DNA of 64,000 nt from an uncultured Faecalibacterium sp. (GTDB lineage: Bacteria > Bacillota > Clostridia > Christensenellales > CAG-917), in assembly GCA_964495385.1 (NCBI GenBank), contig CAZBVO010000008.1:62-64061 (forward strand), read 5' to 3'. The first letter of the stretch is position 1, and every line of letters starts with the position of its first letter. The notes beneath the pieces were generated by a model that saw only the letters and a program-made list of their open reading frames with translations, made no database searches and was not told the DNA's origin. This document shows positions 1-9,329 of the stretch, piece after piece. Position numbers and translations under genes: made by a program.

Positions 1-9
1 GCCTTACTC

Positions 10-34
10 AAAAAACGCCCCGAAGGGCGTTTTT
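10..34. terminator. Intrinsic terminator downstream of pilB (bidirectional-type)
   Basis: AAAAAACGCCC-CGAA-GGGCGTTTTT hairpin with A/T tracts on both sides, 8 nt past the pilB stop. Confidence 0.85.
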
Positions 35-42
35 GTTTTTGC

Positions 43-1731
43 TTAGATGCTGAAAATAAGACGATAGAACTCGGACATGCTGGTGACGCCTTCGGCGATG
101 TACTCGGCGCAGCTGTCGGCGAGGAAGGTGAAGCCTTTTTTGTGGGCGTAGTCCCTAAGTTCCTCAGTGGTGGCGTTTTTGGTGACCATCTGACGGATTT
201 CAGGGGTAAGTTCGACCAATTCGTAAATAGCGGTACGGCCTTTAAAGCCGGTGTTGCCGCAACGAGGGCAACCCTTTGCATCGTAGACGTATTTGATGTC
301 GTCGCGCGGAAGTGCGGCGGCTTCGGACGGGGTGATTTCCCTTCTGACCTTGCAATCAGGGCACAGTTTGCGCACAAGCCTTTGGGCGATAACGCAGTTT
401 ACCGCAGAAGCAACAAGGTAGTTAGGAATGCCGATATCGATAAGACGGACGATGGAAGCAACGCTGTCGTTGGTGTGCAACGTGGACAAAACCAAGTGGC
501 CCGTGATTGCCGCACGAATAGCGATGGTGCCCGTTTCTTCGTCACGGATTTCACCGATCATGACGATATCCGGGTCCTGACGGAGAATACTGCGGAGGCC
601 TGCCGCGAACGTAAGGCCCGCTTTTTGGTTGGTCTGAACCTGGTTTATGCCGAAAATCTGCTTTTCGACAGGGTCTTCGACGGTGGTGATGTTAACGTTC
701 GGCTGGTTGAGTTCGGACAAAACCGCATACAAGGTGGTGGATTTACCGCTACCCGTCGGGCCCGTAACCAAAATGATGCCGTTTGGTGCGTGAATTTGTT
801 TTTCAAATTCCTTCAAAAGTGCTGGTTTCATGCCAAGTTCGTCAAGTTTGATGGACTTAGCTTCGCCGGTTGCCAAAAGACGCATGTTGACCTTTTCGCC
901 GTAAACGGTCGGGAGCGTGCTGACACGCATATCAACTTTGACGCCGTCAACGTCATAGTCGAAACGGCCGTCCTGAGGAATACGCTTTTCGGCGATGTTG
1001 ATGCCCGACAAAATCTTTACACGGGACACGATTGCGCTGTGGCTTTCGATGCCCATACGCATAACTTCAACAAGGTCGCCGTCGATACGCATACGAACCA
1101 AAACCTGCTCGGCAAACGGCTCGATGTGAATATCGGATGCCTGACGTGCATACGCCTGCTGCACCAAGCTGTTGATAAGCTTAACGACAGGGGTGTTGTC
1201 GACGCGGCTTTCGATTTCGGACATCTTCTTTTGCGTTTCGGAAGAAACGGTTTGGATGGTCTTTTGTGCGGCGTCGTCGGAAATAAAGAAGCTGCCTGCG
1301 TTGGTATAATACTTATCGATTGCGGCTTCGATGTTCTTTTTGGTGCAAAGAACAATTTCGACATCCTTTTTGGAAACCATCTTGATGTCTTCGGTTGCGG
1401 CCATATCGTGCGGATCGGACACGGCAATGATGATTTTGTTGCCGCGGATTTCCATAGGCATGACGCCGTGCTTTTTGACAACCTGTTCAGGTATGGTTTT
1501 CAAAATTTCAGGGCGCAAAACGACTATTTCGTTCTCCAAAAACCTCAGGCCGAGAGCTTCGGCATAGCTGCGGAGAACCTGATATTCGTCAATGATGCCG
1601 CGAGACATCAAAATGTCCGCTATCTTCTCGTTAGGGTGCGTGCGCTGCCAACGAACGGCATCGTCCAACTGCGCTTGTGTTACAAAATTCTTTTGAAGCA
1701 AAATTTCGTTGATTGATTGATTTCTTGCCAT
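43..1731 (-). CDS. pilB: Type IV pilus extension ATPase (PilB/GspE family) with N-terminal MshEN-like domain
   Basis: ASDIHIEP, Walker A GPTGSGKST, TVEDPVE Asp box, LRQDPDIVMIGEIRD Walker B, TGHLVLSTLH His box, tetracysteine CPDC..CPRC; GGAGG RBS. Confidence 0.95.
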   Translation of the reverse strand: MARNQSINEILLQKNFVTQAQLDDAVRWQRTHPNEKIADILMSRGIIDEYQVLRSYAEALGLRFLENEIVVLRPEILKTIPEQVVKKHGVMPMEIRGNKIIIAVSDPHDMAATEDIKMVSKKDVEIVLCTKKNIEAAIDKYYTNAGSFFISDDAAQKTIQTVSSETQKKMSEIESRVDNTPVVKLINSLVQQAYARQASDIHIEPFAEQVLVRMRIDGDLVEVMRMGIESHSAIVSRVKILSGINIAEKRIPQDGRFDYDVDGVKVDMRVSTLPTVYGEKVNMRLLATGEAKSIKLDELGMKPALLKEFEKQIHAPNGIILVTGPTGSGKSTTLYAVLSELNQPNVNITTVEDPVEKQIFGINQVQTNQKAGLTFAAGLRSILRQDPDIVMIGEIRDEETGTIAIRAAITGHLVLSTLHTNDSVASIVRLIDIGIPNYLVASAVNCVIAQRLVRKLCPDCKVRREITPSEAAALPRDDIKYVYDAKGCPRCGNTGFKGRTAIYELVELTPEIRQMVTKNATTEELRDYAHKKGFTFLADSCAEYIAEGVTSMSEFYRLIFSI

Positions 1732-1801
1732 CTAAGCCTCCCGATAGGAAACGGTCGTGCCGTTTTCCCGATTATCAAATAATAAATTTATTGCGCCGCT
1801 C

Positions 1802-2566
1802 CTACAGCCCCATGGCCGACAGATACCACGCCATAACGTCGTTGCCGAAATAACCTGCCAGCACGACGCCTATTGCTATGTACGGGCCAAAAGGCATCTC
1901 ACTGCCCTTTTTGGCCTTTTTGGTTGCAAGCAACACAACTGCTCCCGCTCCGCCGATGACAATGGCGAACAGCACCGACACCAACGTGAGTTTCCACCCC
2001 AAAAGCAAACCTATGGCAACGTAAAGCATTATGTCGCCGCCGCCAATGCCGCCCGTAACGAGAGCAAGGATCAAAAGCGGAACGCTGACCGCCGCCATGC
2101 CTATAAGTCGCTCCCACCACAACACGGGCACTTCCTGCGGCACAAAAAAGCTTGCCACGCCGCACAGCGCAACGGTTATCATAAAGGTGTAAAGGATTTC
2201 CTTTGTGTCGACGTCGACAAACGCCATAGCAATGAGCGCAGAAACCGCTACGTCCCAAATCAGCATGTTCCAGCCAAAACCGAAAACGAAGTAGTTTGCC
2301 ACCCACAGCCCTGCGTTAAGCAGCTCGACTATCGGATAACGGGGGCTGATTTTTTGTTTGCAAAAGGCGCATTTCCCGCCCAAAAACACATAACTCAAAA
2401 CAGGTATATTGTGGTACCACTTGAGTTCCGTGCCGCATTTCGGGCAATACGACCTCGATTTTTCAAAGAACTTCCCCTTTGTCGGCAATCGGTAAATGAC
2501 AACGTTCAAAAAGCTGCCTATAACCAATCCGAACATCGCGGACAGCACTATATATAACCAACCCAT
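1802..2566 (-). CDS. pilD: Prepilin peptidase / N-methyltransferase (A24)
   Basis: GSFLNVVIYRLP, CPKC..CAFC Zn motifs, ISPRYPIVE, GGGD catalytic motif, C-terminal PFGPY. Confidence 0.95.
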   Translation of the reverse strand: MGWLYIVLSAMFGLVIGSFLNVVIYRLPTKGKFFEKSRSYCPKCGTELKWYHNIPVLSYVFLGGKCAFCKQKISPRYPIVELLNAGLWVANYFVFGFGWNMLIWDVAVSALIAMAFVDVDTKEILYTFMITVALCGVASFFVPQEVPVLWWERLIGMAAVSVPLLILALVTGGIGGGDIMLYVAIGLLLGWKLTLVSVLFAIVIGGAGAVVLLATKKAKKGSEMPFGPYIAIGVVLAGYFGNDVMAWYLSAMGL

Positions 2567-2624
2567 AATTTATCCTATAATGTACTTATATAATATTATA
2601 ATACCTAATAATGTCGCAAGCTTC

Positions 2625-3242
2625 TTACGAGCGAGTTGCGATTTCAACCCTGAGAGTCAACGAACCGGTGAGGGCAACTTCGTCGCCTTCGACTACAGAT
2701 ACGGTAAGGCTGAGCAAGGTGAGGCTCATCTCCGAATCGATTGCGTCGACAAACTCTTCTAGGCGGCTCATACCGTTGTAGCAAACGTAACCGGAAACGG
2801 TGTAAGTGGCGTATTTGGTTACGCCCGTTTGCGAATCTTGGAAAACGGTGATGGATACGTTGCTTTCTTCAACGTTGCTGATGCCCAGTTCCGGCAAATA
2901 GGTGCTGCGCAAATAGTCGAGCGTGCGATAGTTTGTCGGATAATCGGTTTCGGTCCAGAACAGGTTTTTGCCGTCGGACGCACTGCTGTCGGTAAGATAG
3001 CTGTCGCGGATTTTTTCCTGCTCGGTAATCTGTTTGTTGATGTCGTTGATACCGCCTACGCCGGTAACCAGATTGTAGGTGCTTTCGGCTTCCTTCAAAT
3101 CTTTTTCGGCAGTGGTGTAAAAATCTTTGTTAACTTCAAGCTCGCTGCTCTTCGGAGAGTAAATATACATATAGAAGCCGCCGCCCACCATGACCACTAC
3201 AAGCAACATGATGAGGATTTTTTCTTTTTTACTTAAATTCAT
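2625..3242 (-). CDS. PilO-like pilus alignment protein
   Basis: MNLSKKEK + single TM + coiled coil + C-terminal ferredoxin-like pattern (LEEFVDAID..LLSLTV); position after pilN-like gene. Confidence 0.7.
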   Translation of the reverse strand: MNLSKKEKILIMLLVVVMVGGGFYMYIYSPKSSELEVNKDFYTTAEKDLKEAESTYNLVTGVGGINDINKQITEQEKIRDSYLTDSSASDGKNLFWTETDYPTNYRTLDYLRSTYLPELGISNVEESNVSITVFQDSQTGVTKYATYTVSGYVCYNGMSRLEEFVDAIDSEMSLTLLSLTVSVVEGDEVALTGSLTLRVEIATRS

Positions 3243-3253
3243 ACGTTTACCTC

Positions 3254-5545
3254 CTATTCAACCGTAACGGTTTGAGTGAGACGATTGTATCCGCCTGCGC
3301 TTGCTATTTCGGATGCTTCCAAAGTGAAGGTGATGTTGAAGCCTTCAACCGACACGATGCCGACGGTGTATTTTATTCCTTCAACCGTAACGGTGTTGCC
3401 TTCGGACGTGCTTCCCGTGTATTTTGCAGCGATTTCGGATGCTATCACTCTGCTGTCGGTGTTGCCCGATTTGATAAGTTCGGCCACGTCGTTGCCAAGT
3501 TCTTTAAGCTTGTTGATGACAGGAATCATCGAAATGTAATCGGCAGTAAGCGTGTTGGTTGTCGATGCAAAGTATGCACTGCCCGATTTGTAGTAAGACG
3601 AATCCTTAAACGCCGTCGAGGTGATGACGTAGTTGCCGTCGACGTCGATATCGAACTTGATTTCGTACAAGCAATCGAATTTGCCGACAATAAGTTTTTC
3701 CAAACCATCTTCGGTGCAGAAAGCAAACCTGCTGTCCGCCTCGATGTAGGCTGCGAGTTCTGTTTCGATTTCCGTCTTGTCAACGATGCCCGAAGCGATG
3801 GTATCCAACATGAACTGACGGATATCGGAAAGTTCGGCATACAAAATTTCCTTGATTTCCTTAGGGCTGAGCCTGTTGCGGATAACGGCCTTAAGCTCCT
3901 CAACGCCTTCGACGTTGCTTGCAATGGAAATTTCGCATTTTGCGACGTTGGTTGCGGCAGAATAAGTCAAGGTGTATTCACCGAAAGAACCGGTGATTAC
4001 GTTTGCGTTCATTTTGTAGAAGTAACCGGAAGCAAGTTTTGCAAGGATTTCGCTTTCGACGGTGATTCCCTCTTCTGCGATATCCAAAAGTGCGTTGCGG
4101 ATTTCTTCGGCTTCCAAAGTAGCAACGGTTTTGAGGGTGGTAGCGTCAATCTTATCGCCCACAACCGAAACCAATGCGTTTTCACCGTTGGCACCTGCAT
4201 CCACGCTTTCGATTTTAACTCCGCCGCCCGCTTCTGCGGTTGCTACGGAATAAACTACGTTGAAGTTGGAGTAAAGCCCTTCGATTACGTTGCCGTTTAT
4301 CACAAAGAAGGAATTGCGCAAATACTGTTTGATTCCCGCTTCGGTGTAAATCTTGCGAGCAACGGCTTCGTCGACCACGGATTTGATGTTTTGAGCTTCA
4401 AGCAAAACGAGTGCGGCTTTCTGCTCGGCATTGATGCGGCCGCCGATAACAACGGTTATGGCATCGCTGCCCTTTGCGCCGGTGTCGGTCGATTCGACGG
4501 TGGCTACGCTTTCGGTAAGTTCGCCCGACGGGGTGAAGCTTACTTTGTAGGAGCTGTAAGAACCTGCTATCATACCGAATTCATCGCCTGCGGTGACTAT
4601 TTCGTAGCCGAGGTTTCTGAGAGCCTGCATGATTGCTGCCGGGGTTCTGACGGCGTCCGCTTTTTTGGAATCGGACAATTCTTTGATGTCTTCGCCGATT
4701 TTGACTGCTTCGGCACGGGTGTTTTCGACCTGTTGCTGAGCAAAATCGTTTACCTTGACGCTCTTTAAGCGCAAAGTAATGTCGACGGTGAGATCCTCGG
4801 TGCCTTCAGGCACGTTGAAAGGCATGTCGATATATTCAAACCAACTTCTTCCGGACAGGCCGAGGCTGGTTGAACCGGTTGCACGGAAAGCATCGATGTA
4901 ATCTTCGATGTAGCTGAATTCCGCCGCGGTGCAGTTTACGGTTACGGTTTCGCCCGAAACGCTAAGTCCGTTTACCGTTACGTTTGCGGTGTCTGCCGCG
5001 GTGTAGATGATGCGAAGATGTTCTTTGGACAGTTCGGCATTGGCGGAAGCGTCCTCGTTGGCCTTTTTAAGCGTTTCGATTTCGGCCAGCAAGTTTTCGA
5101 GCTGTTCTTTAAGCGCGGTGTATTTTTCGACGTCTGCGTTCTTTTTGTAGTAAGCTAGCTTGTTGGTGGAAAGGCTTGCGTTTTCGCTCGGATCGAATTC
5201 GGCCGCATTAGGGTTAGGCTCTATTTTTTTGCCGTCGGAATTGACTTTGTAGGCATCTTCGCCGTAAATTGCGATGATTTTGTCGCGAAGTTCGTTGTTT
5301 TCGGTGTAAATGTTAAAGTACATATAGCCGAACACTACAAACAACACTATGCAGGCAACAACCATGAAAAACTCAACCGACGTGGACTGATTTTGCTTTT
5401 GTCCCAGCTTTTGGCTGACAATAAGGTTGATGTCGGTTTTAGGCTTTGTGGTTATTCTGTCAAAGAAACCCGGCCCCTTCTTTTTAGGGACCTTTTCTTT
5501 CTTCTCTTTTTCTTTAGGGGTACCGCCCGTGAGTTTAAATTCCAT
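3254..5545 (-). CDS. PilN-like protein with long C-terminal tandem-repeat extension
   Basis: DINL motif (PilN INLLP-like) at aa 38-41, TM at aa 58-78, coiled coil, PilN core to ~aa 261, then ~500 extra aa; lies between pilM-like and pilO-like genes. Confidence 0.7.
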   Translation of the reverse strand: MEFKLTGGTPKEKEKKEKVPKKKGPGFFDRITTKPKTDINLIVSQKLGQKQNQSTSVEFFMVVACIVLFVVFGYMYFNIYTENNELRDKIIAIYGEDAYKVNSDGKKIEPNPNAAEFDPSENASLSTNKLAYYKKNADVEKYTALKEQLENLLAEIETLKKANEDASANAELSKEHLRIIYTAADTANVTVNGLSVSGETVTVNCTAAEFSYIEDYIDAFRATGSTSLGLSGRSWFEYIDMPFNVPEGTEDLTVDITLRLKSVKVNDFAQQQVENTRAEAVKIGEDIKELSDSKKADAVRTPAAIMQALRNLGYEIVTAGDEFGMIAGSYSSYKVSFTPSGELTESVATVESTDTGAKGSDAITVVIGGRINAEQKAALVLLEAQNIKSVVDEAVARKIYTEAGIKQYLRNSFFVINGNVIEGLYSNFNVVYSVATAEAGGGVKIESVDAGANGENALVSVVGDKIDATTLKTVATLEAEEIRNALLDIAEEGITVESEILAKLASGYFYKMNANVITGSFGEYTLTYSAATNVAKCEISIASNVEGVEELKAVIRNRLSPKEIKEILYAELSDIRQFMLDTIASGIVDKTEIETELAAYIEADSRFAFCTEDGLEKLIVGKFDCLYEIKFDIDVDGNYVITSTAFKDSSYYKSGSAYFASTTNTLTADYISMIPVINKLKELGNDVAELIKSGNTDSRVIASEIAAKYTGSTSEGNTVTVEGIKYTVGIVSVEGFNITFTLEASEIASAGGYNRLTQTVTVE

Positions 5546-5548
5546 ACC

Positions 5549-6457
5549 CTACCTCCTTATCAAACTGCCGATCAGGCCGCTGAAATCGTTGAATTCGTGA
5601 AGCGCCACGCCTTCCACGGTGTCCGGCTTAGGCAAAATTTGAATGTTGGTGTTCAAAAGACCTGCTATGTGGCTGATGCACGGTTCGAGCAAGAAGGTGC
5701 TTCCCGTAAGATACACCGTGTCGAAATGCACGCCTTCGTAACGGCTGAGGAAGAACCCCATTGCATCGGAAATCTGTACGGAAAAATCATTGATGAAAAA
5801 TGCGGTTTCGTTTGCAAATCCTTCACTCGGCACGCTGAAAATCGACTTGGTCATGCTGAACTCGTGCTTATGCTTCAAGAACAGATAAGTCGTCGCGTAA
5901 GTGATGTGATAGTCCACCAACATAAAGTTGTCCGGCAACATATCTCGCATAAACCAAACAAGTTTCGAAAGCGCGTTTTGCTGGATGTCCAGCGAAGTTA
6001 CGTTGATGCTGACGTCCTTGCCGCACTTTTTGATGTTGTCGATTATGGCGTTTTCGAGGTAGGTTACCATAACGCGATTTTGGTGATCTTCGTTGATATC
6101 GCGCTCGATTTCGACGTAGTCAACGGTGTTCTGCTCCGCCTGACGCGGATCGTTGAACAGTTCGGACTTGATGATAGGCGCAAGTTGCAAAGGTTTGCCC
6201 TGCGGCAAAATCATTTCACGGAAGCTGATTTTGCTGTCGTCGATGACAAAACCCGCCGAATGCGTTTTTATGTCGCCCGCGCGAATAATGTTGAGCATTG
6301 CCTCGGTAAGCTTGACGTTAAGTTTGTCGGCATCCGGTTCACTCAAAAATTCGTTTGGAAAATCGAGATCGTAAATGCGATTCACCTTGATTTTTTTTGC
6401 CGAAGCCGTCGCAGAGATGGCTTTCAGCTTGTCGCTGTTGAGATAAAAATTAATCAT
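5549..6457 (-). CDS. PilM-like actin-fold pilus assembly protein (divergent)
   Basis: Position between pilC and pilN-like; PilM-like segments (ISFREMILP, VDY, SLDIQQNAL, VYLTGS, IGSLIR). Confidence 0.7.
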   Translation of the reverse strand: MINFYLNSDKLKAISATASAKKIKVNRIYDLDFPNEFLSEPDADKLNVKLTEAMLNIIRAGDIKTHSAGFVIDDSKISFREMILPQGKPLQLAPIIKSELFNDPRQAEQNTVDYVEIERDINEDHQNRVMVTYLENAIIDNIKKCGKDVSINVTSLDIQQNALSKLVWFMRDMLPDNFMLVDYHITYATTYLFLKHKHEFSMTKSIFSVPSEGFANETAFFINDFSVQISDAMGFFLSRYEGVHFDTVYLTGSTFLLEPCISHIAGLLNTNIQILPKPDTVEGVALHEFNDFSGLIGSLIRR

Positions 6458-6497
6458 AATCCTTTATTCCTTAATCATAAATTTCCGTTTGTTTTCA

Positions 6498-7688
6498 TCA
6501 ATATGCTTCGTAGAGTGCAAACTCAGGTGCCAAAATACCGATAAGCACGACACCGATTACGCCTGCCATGATAACCGTCATTGCCGGGTTGATAAGCGAG
6601 GTCATACCCTTTATCGCTTCCGAAGCTTCGCCTTCGAAGTAAGTGGCGGTTTGGTCAAGGATGTCTTCCAACGAGCCCGATTCCTCACCGACGAATATCA
6701 TCGTCATAAGCATCGGATCGAAGCCGTCGACGCTTTGCAACGAAGCACTGATGGATTCACCTCTTCGTATAGCTTCGATACTGCTTTCCAGTTGCCGCTG
6801 AACGTATCGGTTGCCAACCATTTCGCTGCTCATGGAAATTGCTTCCAAAAGGTGAACACCCGATGCGCTCAAAGTCGAAAGGTTGGACGCAAACCTCGAG
6901 GTGTAAATCATACGGTTCATGTTGCCGATTGCAGGAAGCTTAAGTTTCAGCTGCTCCAAGAACAAGTCGATTTTAGGACTGCGCCTTAAAATCGGAACCA
7001 TGACGTAAACCAGCATGACAAATGCGATAATCAAAAAGAAGTTTTTGGTGATAAAGCTTTTTATGTCAAGCAAAAACTGCGTTATGCCCGGAACGTCTGT
7101 CCCTTCCGGAAGCACCGCAACCATCTTAGGCAAAATAAACTGAATAAGTGCGGCGGCAACCACTATGAGGATGATGGCCAGCATCTTAGGATAGCTCAAC
7201 GCCGATTTAATCTGCGACTCCTGCTTCCTTTGCTTTTCGTAATACATTGCCATTCTGTCCAAAGTCTGCTCGAGCTGACCGCTCATTTCGCCGGACTTGA
7301 CCATGCTTATCAAAAGCGACGGAAAAACGTTGCCCATAGTGATCATGGTTTCGGCAAGCGAGTTACCTTTTTGAACGCCTTCGAAAATGGCCGCCAAAGC
7401 GTTTTTCATCTTCGGTTTGTCCGACCTTTCGTAAAGCATCTCGATGGATTTCGACAGCGGCAAACCTGCGGTAAGCATGCTGGACAGCTGACGGCAGAAC
7501 GTCATCAACATAACCAGATCCAACGGTTTGGATTTGGTTTTATCCTTTTTCCCCGAAACGTTGAACCAATAAACCGACAAGCCCTTGTCCGCAAGAACCT
7601 TGCTGAAGTCCTCTTCGTCGGTGGCGGCCAAACTTCCCCTTACTACTCGGCCGTCTTTGGTCAATGCTTTATAAGAATATTTTTGCAT
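6498..7688 (-). CDS. pilC: Type IV pilus platform protein (PilC/GspF family)
   Basis: YSYKAL..GR...G, FCRQLSSMLTAGLPL, SGEMSGQLE, SALSYP, GEESGSLE; start moved to ATG 7688 (GAGG RBS, promoter upstream). Confidence 0.93.
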   Translation of the reverse strand: MQKYSYKALTKDGRVVRGSLAATDEEDFSKVLADKGLSVYWFNVSGKKDKTKSKPLDLVMLMTFCRQLSSMLTAGLPLSKSIEMLYERSDKPKMKNALAAIFEGVQKGNSLAETMITMGNVFPSLLISMVKSGEMSGQLEQTLDRMAMYYEKQRKQESQIKSALSYPKMLAIILIVVAAALIQFILPKMVAVLPEGTDVPGITQFLLDIKSFITKNFFLIIAFVMLVYVMVPILRRSPKIDLFLEQLKLKLPAIGNMNRMIYTSRFASNLSTLSASGVHLLEAISMSSEMVGNRYVQRQLESSIEAIRRGESISASLQSVDGFDPMLMTMIFVGEESGSLEDILDQTATYFEGEASEAIKGMTSLINPAMTVIMAGVIGVVLIGILAPEFALYEAY

Positions 7689-7743
7689 AACACCTCTCAT
7701 ATGTGCGAGCGCAAGCGCACGCAATATATATTTAGTCCTTAAT

Positions 7744-7772
7744 ATTATAACATCTAAAAAACCTCTTAGCAA
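7744..7772 (-). promoter_or_regulatory. sigmaA-type promoter of the pil cluster
   Basis: TTGCTA-17-TATAAT with extended TG on the minus strand upstream of pilC. Confidence 0.7.
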
Positions 7773-8050
7773 TAAATCTGCGCCAAAAATAAGCCACTTT
7801 TTTTGATTTTGGCAAATTTTTTTTGTCTAACGGAGCATTTTAGCTTGGTTTTGCGACAAAAACGTGCAATCCGTACGCCCAAAATCGGCTAATGGAAACA
7901 TTTTCCTTAAAAAAATTGCCGCAAACGGCCGCTCGCCGCCCGATTTTTTTTGAAAAATCTTGACTTGCCGATTTTTTTAGTTTATACTTTACTTATAATT
8001 TGCACGGCCAAATCGGCCGAATTGACAAGTTTTTACGGGAGGAAACAAAT

Positions 8051-9262
8051 ATGACGAAATCCAAAAACGCAAAGGGCGCTGTTTTCAGCCTTTTGATATT
8101 GGTCTTTACAGCCTTGGGCGTATGCTGGCTGTTGCCGGTCGAAGCAATCAAAACAGTGCTCGACAATATTCTTGCAAGCCTGGGCGAAGACCTTTTAAAT
8201 TACATAAGATTCGTGCCGTTTGCACTGGCGGCAATCTTCGGAATCATCGGTTCCCTTACGGGCAAGAAAGCAAAAGCTTCTGCTCAAAGCACCGAAACGG
8301 AAACAACCGAAACCGTAGCCGTCAAGGAAGACGAATCGGGCGTGTTGGTTCCTATTCCGGAAGGCTACAAAGCCCCGGAAGAGCAAGTCGACCTCGCTCC
8401 TATCAACTTTGACAAGTACAACAGCACCAAAGTCGAGGAAATCGACGGACAGCACTACACTGAAGTCGAAAGCTACACTGAGCGCATCCGTGTTTTAAAC
8501 AAACTGGGCGCAACCGATTTGGACATTATCCAGACAAACATGCTCGGAAATGCCGAATTTGCCGAAATTCTCAAAACTCCTCGCTCGTCCAAAACCATGA
8601 CGGCAAAGGAAATTTGCGAATACACCATGACCAAAAAAGGCATCGTAACCATCAAAAAACGCGGTGCGATAAACTGGACGTTCAAATACGGGATGAAATC
8701 CTTCCTCATGATTCGCGAAGGCAAGGACGGCACCTACAAAGTTTCCATCAAATGCTTCCCTGACATGGCCGTACGCCTTAACGAAATCTTCAAGGCCTTG
8801 GAAGACAGCAACTTCCCTGCCGGCCCTATCTGGTTCAGCTTCTCCGAATTGAGGAATTTGCCGCCGAAAGTTATTCAGTATCTCATCGACACGGCTTACC
8901 AAATCGGCGTAATGCAACAGAAAAAGACGGATATGCTTAAGGACAGCAAACCGCTTTCCGCTTACGACATCGACGGCAACGCCATAAAAACCAAGTATCT
9001 TGCCGGCGAAAGCACTATGACCTTCCCTAAATTTACGTTGGTGTTCCAACGCGGCCCGAAAGCCGACATGAACACATTACTCATCAATCCGCCTGAGGAC
9101 GTCGACACCACGAAATTTATCAAGGAATACTACTTCAAGTTTGCCTTCAACAGCGAATTGAGCCTCACGATGTTGCCTAACAAAGGCTTCTCGGACGAAG
9201 CGGCAACGGTGTTCTTCGACAACATCGAACAAGTTATGCTCAAGGCAAGCAAATCGGCCTAA
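8051..9262 (+). CDS. Hypothetical membrane-anchored protein with a central MmcQ/YjbR-like segment
   Basis: GGAGG RBS before ATG 8051; two N-terminal TM helices; KSF..VSIKCFPD.A..L..W pattern resembles YjbR. Confidence 0.7.
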   Translation: MTKSKNAKGAVFSLLILVFTALGVCWLLPVEAIKTVLDNILASLGEDLLNYIRFVPFALAAIFGIIGSLTGKKAKASAQSTETETTETVAVKEDESGVLVPIPEGYKAPEEQVDLAPINFDKYNSTKVEEIDGQHYTEVESYTERIRVLNKLGATDLDIIQTNMLGNAEFAEILKTPRSSKTMTAKEICEYTMTKKGIVTIKKRGAINWTFKYGMKSFLMIREGKDGTYKVSIKCFPDMAVRLNEIFKALEDSNFPAGPIWFSFSELRNLPPKVIQYLIDTAYQIGVMQQKKTDMLKDSKPLSAYDIDGNAIKTKYLAGESTMTFPKFTLVFQRGPKADMNTLLINPPEDVDTTKFIKEYYFKFAFNSELSLTMLPNKGFSDEAATVFFDNIEQVMLKASKSA

Positions 9263-9278
9263 CAACACGTTTACGATC

Positions 9279-9307
9279 AAAAAAGCACGGTTCAAACCGT
9301 GCTTTTT
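9279..9307. terminator. Bidirectional intrinsic terminator
   Basis: AAAAAAGCACGG-TTCAAA-CCGTGCTTTTT between convergent genes. Confidence 0.85.
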
Positions 9308-9329
9308 GTTTTTTATTCGTTTTAAACCG

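Noticed and set aside
142-1716. 524-aa plus-strand ORF
   Set aside because: Antisense shadow of pilB with no motifs or RBS. The same applies to other long antisense ORFs (3272..4768, 5393..6544, 34525..36150, 36377..37843, 47302..48690, 51724..53337, 60242..62341, 62538..63665).
7773-8050. c-di-GMP riboswitch upstream of the pil cluster
   Set aside because: No GEMM-I (GCAAA..GACGCAAAG) or class II signature on either strand; the promoter sits only ~55 nt from the pilC start.
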